Positions 10,154 to 19,895 are shown, counted from the first letter of the stretch. The stretch: DNA of 64,000 bases from an uncultured Aliarcobacter sp. (GCA_963664305.2 CAXXLV010000002.1:672001-736000), one strand, 5' to 3'. Made by a program: numbers and translations. Notes: a model not told the origin generated them from the sequence alone.

Positions 10154-10559
10154 AATGACTTTCCAAAACTTCTGCATAACGTCCTAAGATGTTGTAAAAA
10201 ATCTGAGAACTAATAGCAACTACAAGTCCAATAGCAGTTGCTTTTAAAGCAAGTGCTAATGAACTCATAATTTTTGAAGCATCAATGTCACCATTTCCCA
10301 TAGTGAAAAATGTAAGCATTATTGCTAAAACCGTTCCTAATAATCCAATATAAGGTGAATTTGAAGCTATTGTTCCTATGATTGTTAGATGTTTCGTCAA
10401 AGCAATATCTAAAGCCTTTTTATTTTTAAAACTTTTTACATCTAACTTTTTATAAAAAATAATTCTTTCAACAAAAAACCAAAACGAAATAAAACTCATA
10501 AAAAGTAAAAGAGCAATAACTCCATAATCTATAAGATTTTTTAGAACTTCAATATTCAT
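10134..10559 (-). CDS. exbB: ExbB
   Basis: SPYIGLLGTV and ALKATAIGLVVAI motifs. Confidence 0.9.
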   Translation of the reverse strand: MNIEVLKNLIDYGVIALLLFMSFISFWFFVERIIFYKKLDVKSFKNKKALDIALTKHLTIIGTIASNSPYIGLLGTVLAIMLTFFTMGNGDIDASKIMSSLALALKATAIGLVVAISSQIFYNILGRYAEVLESHYETEEI

Positions 10560-11986
10560 TTATTCTCCATGCTCATTTGATGGTTTTTATGATTATGTCC
10601 CATATTTGCACCATAAGTTTTAAATACATAACCCGTATAAAAATTTAGACTCATATAAAAAATTATAAGTGCAGATGCAAAAGGAAAAGCAATTACTTTT
10701 AAAATAGTTTTGCTCTCTATTAGTTTAAATCTTGCTATCATCAACACAAAAGCCCAAATATAACCAATATGATTAAAAACTTTAAAAATATGAACCCATT
10801 CATCTTTTCTACTTGCAAGTGGTTGCATAGTTTCAAATCCTAAATAAAAAGCTTGATTAAATCCATTTACAATATTTGAAGCATAAGAATAAAAGAAAAA
10901 TTCTCCAATATGTGATAATCCACCTATTATAAATAGTGGAGCAAAAGCATATCCTAAAGTGTAAAATGTAGTTTGGAAATTAACTTTTAAAATCTTTGAA
11001 GCTATAAACATTCCACCAACACTTAAAACTATTGAAATTAACACTGCATATAAAAATGCAAAAAGTCCAATAACATCAATAGTGCCAAAATTTATAAATA
11101 CTTCAAAATATCTTGCTGTTTTAGTCCAAAAAAACTCTTCAACTATTGCACTTCTTCCTAAAGCATGATGGAATCCCATAGTTATACTAATAGCTGCTGT
11201 TATAAAAATCAAAGCCCAAACTTCTGCTTTAGAAGTTTTAAACTTATCAAACATAGTGCTTGAAGGTTTTTTTAATTTAAAAGCCACACTTTCACAAGCA
11301 CTGCTACAATCCATACATAAAGTACAATCTTCCATAGAATTTTTCTTTGCAAAAGTAAATGGTTTTAAGTTATAACTACAAGCAGTTGCACAATCAAATG
11401 TTTTACAAGATGAACAGTGTTCTTTGTAAGTTTCAAGTTTTGTAAATCCTACTTTTGAAAAAGCTTTTGTCATAGTTCCAATAGGACAAATATATTTACA
11501 ATATGCCATTTCATCATAAATATAATAAAAAACTACAGCAACTAAAGTCATAATAAAAAATAAAAGTGCTGTTGCATAAGGTGTTTTAAAAAACTCAGGA
11601 TACATATAGTATGTAGCCCACCAACCAATAAAAAGTAAAAAAACTCCAATAAAAGGATTTGCTAAACTTTGAGGAATTTTTCTTTTTAATCCAAATTTAG
11701 TGATATATTTTCCTATAAATCCATGAGGACAAACTCCACAAAAAATTCTTCCAAATGTTGATAGTGTTGTAACCATAAAAAATGGCCAAAACAATCCCCA
11801 AAAAAGTCCAGTAGTAAACAGATTTTCCTCTTTTGTTGGATTAATAAATCCCATATAAATTGCATACACAAATAAAAATAAAACTAAAATCTGAACCGTT
11901 CTTTGAAAAACTCTATTTTTAAAAATGATATTTAAAATAGGCATTCCAAAAATATCATTTTTATCTCTTTTTACAAAATTTACCAT
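10556..11986 (-). CDS. Membrane polyferredoxin (4Fe-4S binding; NapH/NosR-like motifs)
   Basis: FCGVCP, YCKYICP, CSSCKTFDCATAC and CTLCMDCSSAC motifs; many TMs; His-rich C-terminus. Confidence 0.8.
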   Translation of the reverse strand: MVNFVKRDKNDIFGMPILNIIFKNRVFQRTVQILVLFLFVYAIYMGFINPTKEENLFTTGLFWGLFWPFFMVTTLSTFGRIFCGVCPHGFIGKYITKFGLKRKIPQSLANPFIGVFLLFIGWWATYYMYPEFFKTPYATALLFFIMTLVAVVFYYIYDEMAYCKYICPIGTMTKAFSKVGFTKLETYKEHCSSCKTFDCATACSYNLKPFTFAKKNSMEDCTLCMDCSSACESVAFKLKKPSSTMFDKFKTSKAEVWALIFITAAISITMGFHHALGRSAIVEEFFWTKTARYFEVFINFGTIDVIGLFAFLYAVLISIVLSVGGMFIASKILKVNFQTTFYTLGYAFAPLFIIGGLSHIGEFFFYSYASNIVNGFNQAFYLGFETMQPLASRKDEWVHIFKVFNHIGYIWAFVLMIARFKLIESKTILKVIAFPFASALIIFYMSLNFYTGYVFKTYGANMGHNHKNHQMSMENK

Positions 11987-11995
11987 AATTATTTC

Positions 11996-14104
11996 CTAAA
12001 ATTTGTATGTATATGTAAGCATTGTCATTCTAGGACTTGCAGCTTTATATGACTCAATTCCATAAACATCTTTTGAAGCTTCTGAAGCATAATATTTATC
12101 AAATAAGTTATTGATATTTAGCTGAATATTGTGATTACTTTTTTCATACCCAATCATAAAATCTGTAATTAAATCATAACCTTCATATTTTTGAGTGTTT
12201 GCATTATCCATATAATAACTTCCATAAGTTCTTGCAGTTACTCTTGTTTTAAAGCCATTTGCTAGATTATAAGCTGCAAATAGTGAGTATTGATTTTTTG
12301 GAATAAATGGCATATAGTTTCCATCTCTCGAAACTAAACTTCCTCTAACTGATTCATTAAAAGTATCAAATTTAAAATTACTATAAGCATAAGCTCCACC
12401 TACTTGAATAGAAGAAGTTAAATCATAAGCTAGGTTATACTCTAAACCTTTTTTATCAGTTTTTCCTGCGTTATCATAAATAGAATTTCCATTTGCATCT
12501 TTAATTTGAATAATCTCATCATCTACAAAATTTTGGAAAAGTGCTAAATCAGAAGAATAATCATCTGTTCTAGTTTTTAAACCAACTTCATAGTTTATAC
12601 TTTGCGATTTTTCTAAATCTTCATTTTCTCCCAATTCACTTGTTGTTGGTGCTTGATTTGCACCTGCAATTGAAGCATAAATATTTGTATTATCTGTGAT
12701 TGCATAAGTTGAACCTACTTTTCCTGATAATAGTGTAAATGAATTATCAATAGCATACTCACCAATACCTGCTTTATAACTTTTTGTTGAATAATCATAA
12801 GTAGTAATTTCATTTCCATCTATATCAAATTTTAATTTATCAATTCTTGCACTAATATCAAAACCTAATTTATCAGTAGCTTTAAAACTTTCCATCAAAT
12901 ATGTTCCATAAAGCAAAGTTTGAGAATCTTCAGTTCCAGCTAATGCACCTTTTTCATTTGATAAAGTTTTTACTATTTGAGTTACACTTGAAGGTGGCCA
13001 ACCAGATGTTACAGTTTGAGTTTGAATATCTCTGTATTGATATTTTTTAGCATCATTTGTTTTATCCATTTTCAAAGTTATACCAGCAACAAACATTGCA
13101 TCTTTTGAAAATAGTTTATGTGCTGCATTAAACTCTAAATCTGTACCAAATACTTTGTTATCATCACTATCATTTATAAGTCCAGTTACAGGGTGATAAT
13201 GTTCCCATGAGTTAAAATAAAATCTTGGTTTGTATGTAATATTTCCTACTTCTTTTTCATATTTACTATTTACAGAAAATATTTTTGAATCCCTTGCACT
13301 ATTTTGCCATTGATTTGAAGTATCATGTTGTTTCCCTGTTTGTTTAAAAACTTCAAACTCTTCTCTTGTCATTGAAGCTGGAAGATTTAAATTTGATTCT
13401 GTATATGAAAGTTCATTTTCAATAGTTGATTCATCATCAAAAATATGACCATATTTTAAAGTGGCTTGTGTAGTATCAAACTCATTATTATCTCTCCATG
13501 AGTTATCGATTTTTCTTGAACTAAATGTAAATGAAGCAAAATCATTTTCATCAATTGCTCCTCTTAATTTAAGATTTACATTTCTTTGATTATCATTTCC
13601 AGCACCAACTTTGAAACTATTTTTATCTTCATCAAAAACAGATTTTGTGATTAATTGAATAACTCCACCTGTTGAATTAACAGCATTTATTGAACCTGGT
13701 CCTTTTTGAACTTCAATACTTGAAACATCTTGCATATCAATAAAATCAAATCTAGTAAATGAATCTGGGTCGGTCATAGGAACTCCATCTTTCATAACCA
13801 TAATTTCTCTTACACCATATCTAGCTTTTAATCCAGCACCTCTAATAATCAATCTTGGACTTGGAGAATTTGATGAAGATTCAGCAATTACACCTGGAAT
13901 ATTTTGTAGAGCATCTTGAATATTTAAGATATTTTTATCTTCGATAGTTTTTTCATCTACAACAGCAATACTTTCACTTATCTCTTTTGTGGCTTTTTCT
14001 ACTTTTGTAGCAGTAACAGACATCTGTTCTAAGTTTATTGTTTCAGCAGATAAAAGATTTGCATTTAATGCAATTAGGGCAAATATCGAGTATTTTAGTC
14101 TCAT
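11996..14104 (-). CDS. TonB-dependent outer-membrane receptor
   Basis: Signal peptide; VTATK; plug motifs LQNIPGV, IRG, IEVQKGPGS, GGVIQLITK; NNLFDKYY...YTYKF end. Confidence 0.95.
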   Translation of the reverse strand: MRLKYSIFALIALNANLLSAETINLEQMSVTATKVEKATKEISESIAVVDEKTIEDKNILNIQDALQNIPGVIAESSSNSPSPRLIIRGAGLKARYGVREIMVMKDGVPMTDPDSFTRFDFIDMQDVSSIEVQKGPGSINAVNSTGGVIQLITKSVFDEDKNSFKVGAGNDNQRNVNLKLRGAIDENDFASFTFSSRKIDNSWRDNNEFDTTQATLKYGHIFDDESTIENELSYTESNLNLPASMTREEFEVFKQTGKQHDTSNQWQNSARDSKIFSVNSKYEKEVGNITYKPRFYFNSWEHYHPVTGLINDSDDNKVFGTDLEFNAAHKLFSKDAMFVAGITLKMDKTNDAKKYQYRDIQTQTVTSGWPPSSVTQIVKTLSNEKGALAGTEDSQTLLYGTYLMESFKATDKLGFDISARIDKLKFDIDGNEITTYDYSTKSYKAGIGEYAIDNSFTLLSGKVGSTYAITDNTNIYASIAGANQAPTTSELGENEDLEKSQSINYEVGLKTRTDDYSSDLALFQNFVDDEIIQIKDANGNSIYDNAGKTDKKGLEYNLAYDLTSSIQVGGAYAYSNFKFDTFNESVRGSLVSRDGNYMPFIPKNQYSLFAAYNLANGFKTRVTARTYGSYYMDNANTQKYEGYDLITDFMIGYEKSNHNIQLNINNLFDKYYASEASKDVYGIESYKAASPRMTMLTYTYKF

Positions 14105-14145
14105 TTCGTTCCTTCAAATAAGTTTTTGAAATGATAGAACTACTC

Positions 14146-14182
14146 TGTTAACTTTTTGTTAATTTTTTGTTAGATTTGTAAT
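14146..14182 (-). promoter_or_regulatory. Tandem direct repeats upstream of the TonB receptor
   Basis: TGTTAA/TGTTAA/TGTTAG at 14146, 14157 and 14168 (11-bp period). Confidence 0.45.
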
Positions 14183-14193
14183 TAGAAAGAAAG

Positions 14194-14219
14194 TTATCCC
14201 AAGAAAATTCTTGAGATAA
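14194..14219 (-). terminator. Hairpin downstream of the peroxiredoxin
   Basis: ttatcccaagaa-aa-ttcttgagataa imperfect inverted repeat. Confidence 0.55.
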
Positions 14220-14227
14220 ACTAAAAA

Positions 14228-14932
14228 TTAAGACATTATTTCTTCAATAGTGATATAATCTCCAACTCTTCCTGTCATTTGTTCAACATCTGTATTAACT
14301 GGAAGTGTTTTTTTACCAGGAACCCAACCAGCTGGGCAAACTTCACCAGTTTTACTTGCATGTTGCCAAGCTCTTACTTGTCTTAAAAATTCATGAACAT
14401 TTCTTCCAACCATTGGAGCTTGAACTTCTTGAGCTACAACAGTTCCTTCTGGATTAATTAAAAATCTTCCTCTAAGTGCTAATCCTTCTTCTTCAATCAT
14501 AACTCCAAATGCTCTACTTACAGCACCTGTTGTATCTGCACCAATAGTTAATTTTAATCCTTTTAATAAAGGTTCAGTTTCAACAAATCTTTTATGAGAA
14601 AATTTAGTATCTGTTGATACAGCTAAAATTTCAACACCAAGTTCTTGGAACTCATCATATTTTGCATTCATTGCTGCAATTTCTGTTGGACAAACAAATG
14701 TAAAATCTGCTGGATAGAAACAAACTACATGCCATTTACCTTTATAATCTTCACTACTTACAGTTACATAGTGACCTGTTTTTGAATCATAGGCATCCAT
14801 TTTGAACTCTGGAACTTTTCTTAAAACTAAACTTGAACTCATATTTTTTTCCTTTTTTATTTCATTATTATTTTCATTATCTAAAACTATTTCTTTTTCT
14901 TCAATTGGTTTTGCACCTGTATCACAAGCCAT
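14228..14932 (-). CDS. 2-Cys peroxiredoxin (AhpC/PrxU-like, Cys form) with N-terminal extension
   Basis: FYPADFTFVCPTE and GEVCPAGW motifs. Confidence 0.92.
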   Translation of the reverse strand: MACDTGAKPIEEKEIVLDNENNNEIKKEKNMSSSLVLRKVPEFKMDAYDSKTGHYVTVSSEDYKGKWHVVCFYPADFTFVCPTEIAAMNAKYDEFQELGVEILAVSTDTKFSHKRFVETEPLLKGLKLTIGADTTGAVSRAFGVMIEEEGLALRGRFLINPEGTVVAQEVQAPMVGRNVHEFLRQVRAWQHASKTGEVCPAGWVPGKKTLPVNTDVEQMTGRVGDYITIEEIMS

Positions 14933-15045
14933 AAAAACTCCTTTATTTTACAAAAGATAATATTTTTCCTTTGATAAAAAGAATTCTATATCTTTATTTA
15001 TTAAACTTAACTTAAATATAAAATAAATTTATAAATTTATCATAA

Positions 15046-15891
15046 TTAAAACTTATAATTTAATCCAAATGTAAAAAATTTAGAACTAACATCATCTCTA
15101 TTTTCAGGTAATTCTTTTGAATTAGAATAGATATATTTAGTTATTACATCTATATTTTGAAATTTTTTTCCTAAACTTACTAAATAAGTTTTATTTTGTT
15201 CTAAAGCATGATGTTCTACTTTTAAACCATCTTCTTGAACTGAGAATAATCTATCACCATTTATCACTCCTAAACCTAAAATAAAGCCATTATAATTTGC
15301 ATTAAGATTTAAAAAATAGCTCATATAATAATTATCTTCTAAAATATAATTTTGATATTTTTCTCCATTTATATCTATATATTTTATTCCTGTTTGAGCT
15401 TGAAAATTAATATTCTCAAATCTAAATTTTTTTATAAATGTAAAATCATATTGATTAACATTAAAATCTTCATAATCACTTAAATAAGTGTCTAATTTTA
15501 TTTGATTACTACTATCTATATTTTTATTAAATCCAAATCCATAAACTTTTCCATTATCTGTTGGAGCTAAATTATCTTCAATATTTATAAAAGAGGTTTT
15601 TATAGATAAGTCATTACTTATATGATAAAGATATTTCATACTTAACTTTTCAATTTCAAGAGAAGTCATTTTTATTTTTGTTAGTTCATTTTCTCTTTTT
15701 GTTAAACTATCTTCATAATTTATAGTTAATTCAGAATTTTGAAAATTATGTAAAAACCTATAATCTAAAGTTTTTCCTTCTGTTTTTGTTTTAGAATTGT
15801 CATAATCTTTGTATGTATAATAAGTAGATATCTCACTATTTGCTAATAAATAAGAACTTAAAAGTGCTGTTGTCACTAATATTTTTTTCAT
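15046..15891 (-). CDS. Putative outer-membrane beta-barrel protein
   Basis: Signal peptide, alternating aromatic strands, terminal GLNYKF. Confidence 0.65.
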   Translation of the reverse strand: MKKILVTTALLSSYLLANSEISTYYTYKDYDNSKTKTEGKTLDYRFLHNFQNSELTINYEDSLTKRENELTKIKMTSLEIEKLSMKYLYHISNDLSIKTSFINIEDNLAPTDNGKVYGFGFNKNIDSSNQIKLDTYLSDYEDFNVNQYDFTFIKKFRFENINFQAQTGIKYIDINGEKYQNYILEDNYYMSYFLNLNANYNGFILGLGVINGDRLFSVQEDGLKVEHHALEQNKTYLVSLGKKFQNIDVITKYIYSNSKELPENRDDVSSKFFTFGLNYKF

Positions 15892-15931
15892 TATTTTCCT
15901 TTAAAATTTTTTTGAATTCTAACAAAAAATA

Positions 15932-15958
15932 CTTATATGCAACTTAGTTGCATATAAG
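15932..15958. promoter_or_regulatory. Perfect 27-bp palindrome in a divergent promoter region
   Basis: cttatatgcaact-t-agttgcatataag. Confidence 0.6.
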
Positions 15959-16033
15959 CTAATATAATAATTTATTCATAAGTTTTTAATATAATTTAAT
16001 GTACTATAAAGAAAAAAATTTAAGGATTTATAT

Positions 16034-17194
16034 ATGAATTTAAGAGAAAAATTCTCACCAATGTGCTTTTTATCCTCTCTTGGAGCAGGAGGATTAAGTG
16101 TTTCATTTTTTATGTATTTAATGTTTTTAGTTCCCCATCCAAATACACCAATGGCAACTTATGATTTTATTATGCCAGCTTTATTAAAAGGGGATTGGTT
16201 ATCTTTTGTAATCTCTTTTTCTTTAGTATTTATTATTGCCTTTGCTTTTTTACATTTTAAATTATTAGTTTGGAATACAAAACAATATTTTATGTATAAA
16301 AAAACTAAAGCTTATGAAGATTTAAAAAACTCAAATGCACAAATTACCCTTATGACTCTACCTTTGACATATACAATGACAATAAATGTATGTTTTGTTT
16401 TAGGAGCAGTTTTTATTCCTGGTCTTTGGGGAGTTGTTGAATATTTGTTTCCTTTTGCTTTAATTGGTTTTATAACAACTGGTTATTTTTCTTTGAAAAT
16501 ATTTTTTGAATATTTTTCAAGACTTCTAATCAAAGGGGATTTTGATTTCTCTAAAAACAATAATTTATCTCAAATGATTTCTATATTTGCACTTTCAATG
16601 GTTGCAGTTGGATTTGCAGCACCAGGAGCTATGAGTCATAATTTAATTATAAACTCAATTGGTATTTTTGGAGCTTTATTTTTTGCTTCCCTTGCTATTT
16701 TATTAATGTTAATAAAACTTACAATTGGTTTTAAAAATATGTTTGAAAAAGGTTTAGGATTAGAAGCAGCTCCATCTATTTGGATTATTATTCCAATATT
16801 AACTCTACTTGGAATTACTTTTGTGAGAATATCTTTTGGTTTAGAACACAACTATTCAACACCATTAAATAAATCATCACTTTTTGTATTTACATCAACA
16901 ATTTTATCTTTACAAATCATATTTGGTGTTTTAGGATATATGGTTATGAAACAAATGGGTTACTTTGAAAAATATATAGAATCAACTGAAAAATCAGCTG
17001 TTTCATTTGCTTTGATTTGTCCAGGAGTTGCTTTTTTTGTTTTTGGTATGTTTTTTATAAATTTTGGATTGGCATATAATCAAATCATTTCAAAATATTC
17101 AATTGCATATTTTATTTTGATGATTCCTTTTATTTATATTCAAATAAAAACTATTATCTATTTTTTCAAACTTTATAAAAAGTTTTCTTTTTAA
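16034..17194 (+). CDS. TsoY-like multi-pass membrane protein (Cys form)
   Basis: SP..FLSSLGAGGLSVSFFMYLMF start and FALICPGVA motif, recalled from the TsoY (seleno)protein family. Confidence 0.6.
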   Translation: MNLREKFSPMCFLSSLGAGGLSVSFFMYLMFLVPHPNTPMATYDFIMPALLKGDWLSFVISFSLVFIIAFAFLHFKLLVWNTKQYFMYKKTKAYEDLKNSNAQITLMTLPLTYTMTINVCFVLGAVFIPGLWGVVEYLFPFALIGFITTGYFSLKIFFEYFSRLLIKGDFDFSKNNNLSQMISIFALSMVAVGFAAPGAMSHNLIINSIGIFGALFFASLAILLMLIKLTIGFKNMFEKGLGLEAAPSIWIIIPILTLLGITFVRISFGLEHNYSTPLNKSSLFVFTSTILSLQIIFGVLGYMVMKQMGYFEKYIESTEKSAVSFALICPGVAFFVFGMFFINFGLAYNQIISKYSIAYFILMIPFIYIQIKTIIYFFKLYKKFSF

Positions 17195-17289
17195 AATAGA
17201 TAATTTTTATCTTATTATAAGTTAAAACTATCTAAAATTGATAAGTTTTAATTATAATATTAAAACAATTTTATATAAGGATTTATAAT

Positions 17290-17718
17290 ATGAAAAAAGG
17301 TTTATTAGTTTTATTATCTTCTTTACTTTTATCAACAGCGAGTTTTGCAAGTGATAATATGGCAAAAGGTTTAAATGTTGTTATAACATCACAAGATGCT
17401 CAAACACAAATGATGGGAATGGTTTTATCAATGATGACTTTAAAACAAAATAAAGAAGTTAATATGACTCTTTGTTCAAATGCAGGTGATTTAGCTGTAA
17501 AAGGAATGGAAAGTCCTATTTTAAAACCTCAAGATAAATCACCTAAAATGATGCTTCAAGCATTGATTAAACAAGGTGCTAAAGTTCAGGTTTGTCCTCT
17601 TTATTTACCAAATGCTTCTAAAGATGAATCTGTTTTATTAGAAGGAATTACAGTAGCAAAACCAGATGAAGTTGCTAAAAAATTATTAGATAAAGATTAT
17701 CAAAACTTAAGCTACTAA
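17290..17718 (+). CDS. Secreted DsrE-family protein
   Basis: Signal peptide; LCSNAGDLA and GAKVQVCPLYL motifs. Confidence 0.7.
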   Translation: MKKGLLVLLSSLLLSTASFASDNMAKGLNVVITSQDAQTQMMGMVLSMMTLKQNKEVNMTLCSNAGDLAVKGMESPILKPQDKSPKMMLQALIKQGAKVQVCPLYLPNASKDESVLLEGITVAKPDEVAKKLLDKDYQNLSY

Positions 17719-17724
17719 AAAATA

Positions 17725-17743
17725 GAGTGAGTAAAACTCACTC
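17725..17743. terminator. Hairpin between convergent genes
   Basis: gagtgagt-aaa-actcactc. Confidence 0.6.
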
Positions 17744-18088
17744 CATTTCTAAATCTTTAATAGCATATTTTTCTCTTATTTTCCTTCTCTCTTCTAACTC
17801 TTCTTTTTTTGCATTTGGATTTGTGACATCTAAATCAGGTCTTTCAATAACTGGAATTTTTCCTTTTAATTTTGGATTAAATTTAAAAAAATTATCCATA
17901 TCTATCTTATAAATAACATCTTTATTATGTAGTTCTGCATGTTTTGGATATTTTAAAATATAACATCCTCTAAAATCTTTTTCAATGATTCCTTTTCTTG
18001 CTAATTTTTTAGAGAAATCAAATTTGAAGATTATATATGCAATTATAAAAATAACAAAAGAAAAAAATATATCTCCTATATATTCCAT
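17738..18088 (-). CDS. Hypothetical single-TM protein
   Basis: N-terminal TM followed by a charged domain; start uncertain (18088 or 18106). Confidence 0.55.
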   Translation of the reverse strand: MEYIGDIFFSFVIFIIAYIIFKFDFSKKLARKGIIEKDFRGCYILKYPKHAELHNKDVIYKIDMDNFFKFNPKLKGKIPVIERPDLDVTNPNAKKEELEERRKIREKYAIKDLEME

Positions 18089-18237
18089 AAAAAAACCCAA
18101 AATCAAAAATATTTATTATTTTATATAAAGATATCCTATTTATTAGTATGTTAAATGATTATTTATATAAATATTAGGTTGTAATTATAACAAATTTAAT
18201 TTAATATCTCATTTTTTCTGTTATATTTGTACAAACT

Positions 18238-18597
18238 TTATCTTTTTTGGAGTATGATTATATTAATGCTTTTGTTACTAGAATTAAAGGTTTAGTTTAA
18301 AAAAATTAGACTAAAAAAGAAGATAAGTAAACAAAAAATACTTAAAAGAGAGTTGGCTATATAAGCCCTTGAGACTTATAAATCAAGATTCCTTTTGTGA
18401 ATCAAAATAATTAAAATTAGAAAAAATCTTAGATTAGAATACAAACTTTTTTATTTGGTGTTACTTATTTATTGGAACAAAAAAGCATTAGTATGGGCTA
18501 AAAATAGCTTGAGCTTTTTATACTACTTACTTGGTTAAGTCTTTTGCCCATTGTTATATATCTTGGATATAGATTAAAGTGCAACAAAGGAGATTAA
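18238..18597 (+). pseudogene. Decayed relic of a duplicated cydA / small-subunit segment
   Basis: 18238-18382 reads LSFLEYDYINAFVTRIKGLV*...KILKRELAI*ALETYK versus CydA LSFLSFHDINAYVPGIKDLVY...KMQKGKVAIEALESYK; 18530-18597 matches the small ORF at 22571-22672. Confidence 0.75.
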
Positions 18598-18939
18598 ATG
18601 ATTGCCATACCAGTTAAAAGTGAAGAAGAGAACAGTAATTTATTAGAAGAGTTTGGAAAAGCAGAATATTTTGCTTTAATCAATAATAATAAAATTGAGA
18701 TTTTAAAGAATGAACAAAAAGATACGCAAGAGATAGCTAATTGGCTAAAAGACAAAAATGTAAACATTTTAATTTCTTCTGCTTTAAAAGAAAATACTTT
18801 TTATACATTAAAAAATAATGGTATAAAAGTATATTGTTCGCAAGGAAATAAAATCAAAATTGATGAAGTATTATTAAAATATGCAGATGGGGAATTACCT
18901 ATTTTAAATAAATTAAGTTTTTTATATCAGAAGGTATGA
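18598..18939 (+). CDS. NifB/NifX-family cluster-binding protein (paralog of 22669..23112)
   Basis: MIAIPV...FGKAEYFALI motif; strong similarity to the downstream copy. Confidence 0.8.
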   Translation: MIAIPVKSEEENSNLLEEFGKAEYFALINNNKIEILKNEQKDTQEIANWLKDKNVNILISSALKENTFYTLKNNGIKVYCSQGNKIKIDEVLLKYADGELPILNKLSFLYQKV

Positions 18940-18943
18940 TTTT

Positions 18944-18970
18944 AAAGAAGTAGATTTTTTCTACTTCTTT
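18944..18970. terminator. Bidirectional terminator
   Basis: aaagaagtaga-ttttt-tctacttcttt. Confidence 0.7.
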
Positions 18971-18982
18971 TGAATTAAAAAA

Positions 18983-19567
18983 CTAAACTAAATTTATCAA
19001 ATCCTCTTTTTTATCAATTTGTTTCTCAATAGCTTGTATCCCTTTTGCAAAGAGTGAATTTTTTAATCCCTCCCCTATTCTTGTAGATAAAAATATATTT
19101 ACTTTATATTTCATTAATATTTGTGGTAAAACAATAGCAGGTTTTAATTTTTTGGAAAAGACTTCATTCTCAAAACTATCCAATAATTTAATTTCATTAT
19201 TTTGGATTTTATAAATCAATACATATTTATCAGTTGCTAAAATTGATTCAAAATTTTCTAAACTTGAAGAACATAAAGCTACAATATAACCTAAATTGTC
19301 ATCTTGAATAGAAATCTTATTTCCATAAACTAAAGCTCTTGTTAATTTTTGTCTAGCATTTTTTAGAATTCTTGTAAAAGTTGGTCTTGAAACTTCCATA
19401 CTAATAGCTGCTTCTTCTTGATATAAATTTAAAACATCCATTAAATAAATAGCTTCCATCTCTTCATCTAACAACACAGTAACACCAGTAAATGGTTTAT
19501 TTTCCGGTATAAAATCTTTAAATGCCGGTTTATATATTAAATTTCTTTTATTTTTATCTCTACCCAT
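18983..19567 (-). CDS. DUF134 HTH regulator fused to a NifX-like domain
   Basis: EEMEAIYLMD..LYQEEAAISMEVSRPTFTRILKNARQKL; ATG at 19567 after AAGGA. Confidence 0.85.
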   Translation of the reverse strand: MGRDKNKRNLIYKPAFKDFIPENKPFTGVTVLLDEEMEAIYLMDVLNLYQEEAAISMEVSRPTFTRILKNARQKLTRALVYGNKISIQDDNLGYIVALCSSSLENFESILATDKYVLIYKIQNNEIKLLDSFENEVFSKKLKPAIVLPQILMKYKVNIFLSTRIGEGLKNSLFAKGIQAIEKQIDKKEDLINLV

Positions 19568-19612
19568 TTTTATCCTTGTTTGAAATAATATCAAAATTTT
19601 CTTGATTTTTTA

Positions 19613-19657
19613 TTGACATATGTTCATTAAAGTGTTATTATTTTGAACATATGTCAA
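19613..19657 (+). promoter_or_regulatory. Sigma70 promoter of the cyd operon overlapped by two operator boxes
   Basis: TTGACA(19613)-17 bp-TATTAT(19636) with TGn extension; boxes TTGACATATGTTCA (19613-19626) and TGAACATATGTCAA (19644-19657) are exact reverse complements. Confidence 0.8.
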
Positions 19658-19671
19658 CAAAAGGAGATTTT

Positions 19672-19884
19672 ATGTTGAATATTAAAAATATTTACTCTTT
19701 TTATCTTAACGGTTTTAAAAATATGACTATTGGAAAAACATTATGGAAAATCATATTAATAAAATTATTAGTTATATTAGTTTTTCTTAACTATTTTATC
19801 CATGATAAATCTATCAAAACTGAATATAAGACATATGAAGAGAAAGTTGATTTTGTATATAAAAATCTAACAAAAGAAAATTAA
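19672..19884 (+). CDS. DUF4492-like small membrane protein preceding cydA
   Basis: FYLNGFKNMTIGKTLWKIILIKL motif; ATG at 19672 after AAGGAG. Confidence 0.8.
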   Translation: MLNIKNIYSFYLNGFKNMTIGKTLWKIILIKLLVILVFLNYFIHDKSIKTEYKTYEEKVDFVYKNLTKEN

Positions 19885-19895
19885 AAGGAAGAGAA

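Noticed and set aside
14228..17194. Possible selenocysteine recoding in the PrxU-like and TsoY-like genes
   Set aside because: Both ORFs are uninterrupted and use Cys codons at the motifs
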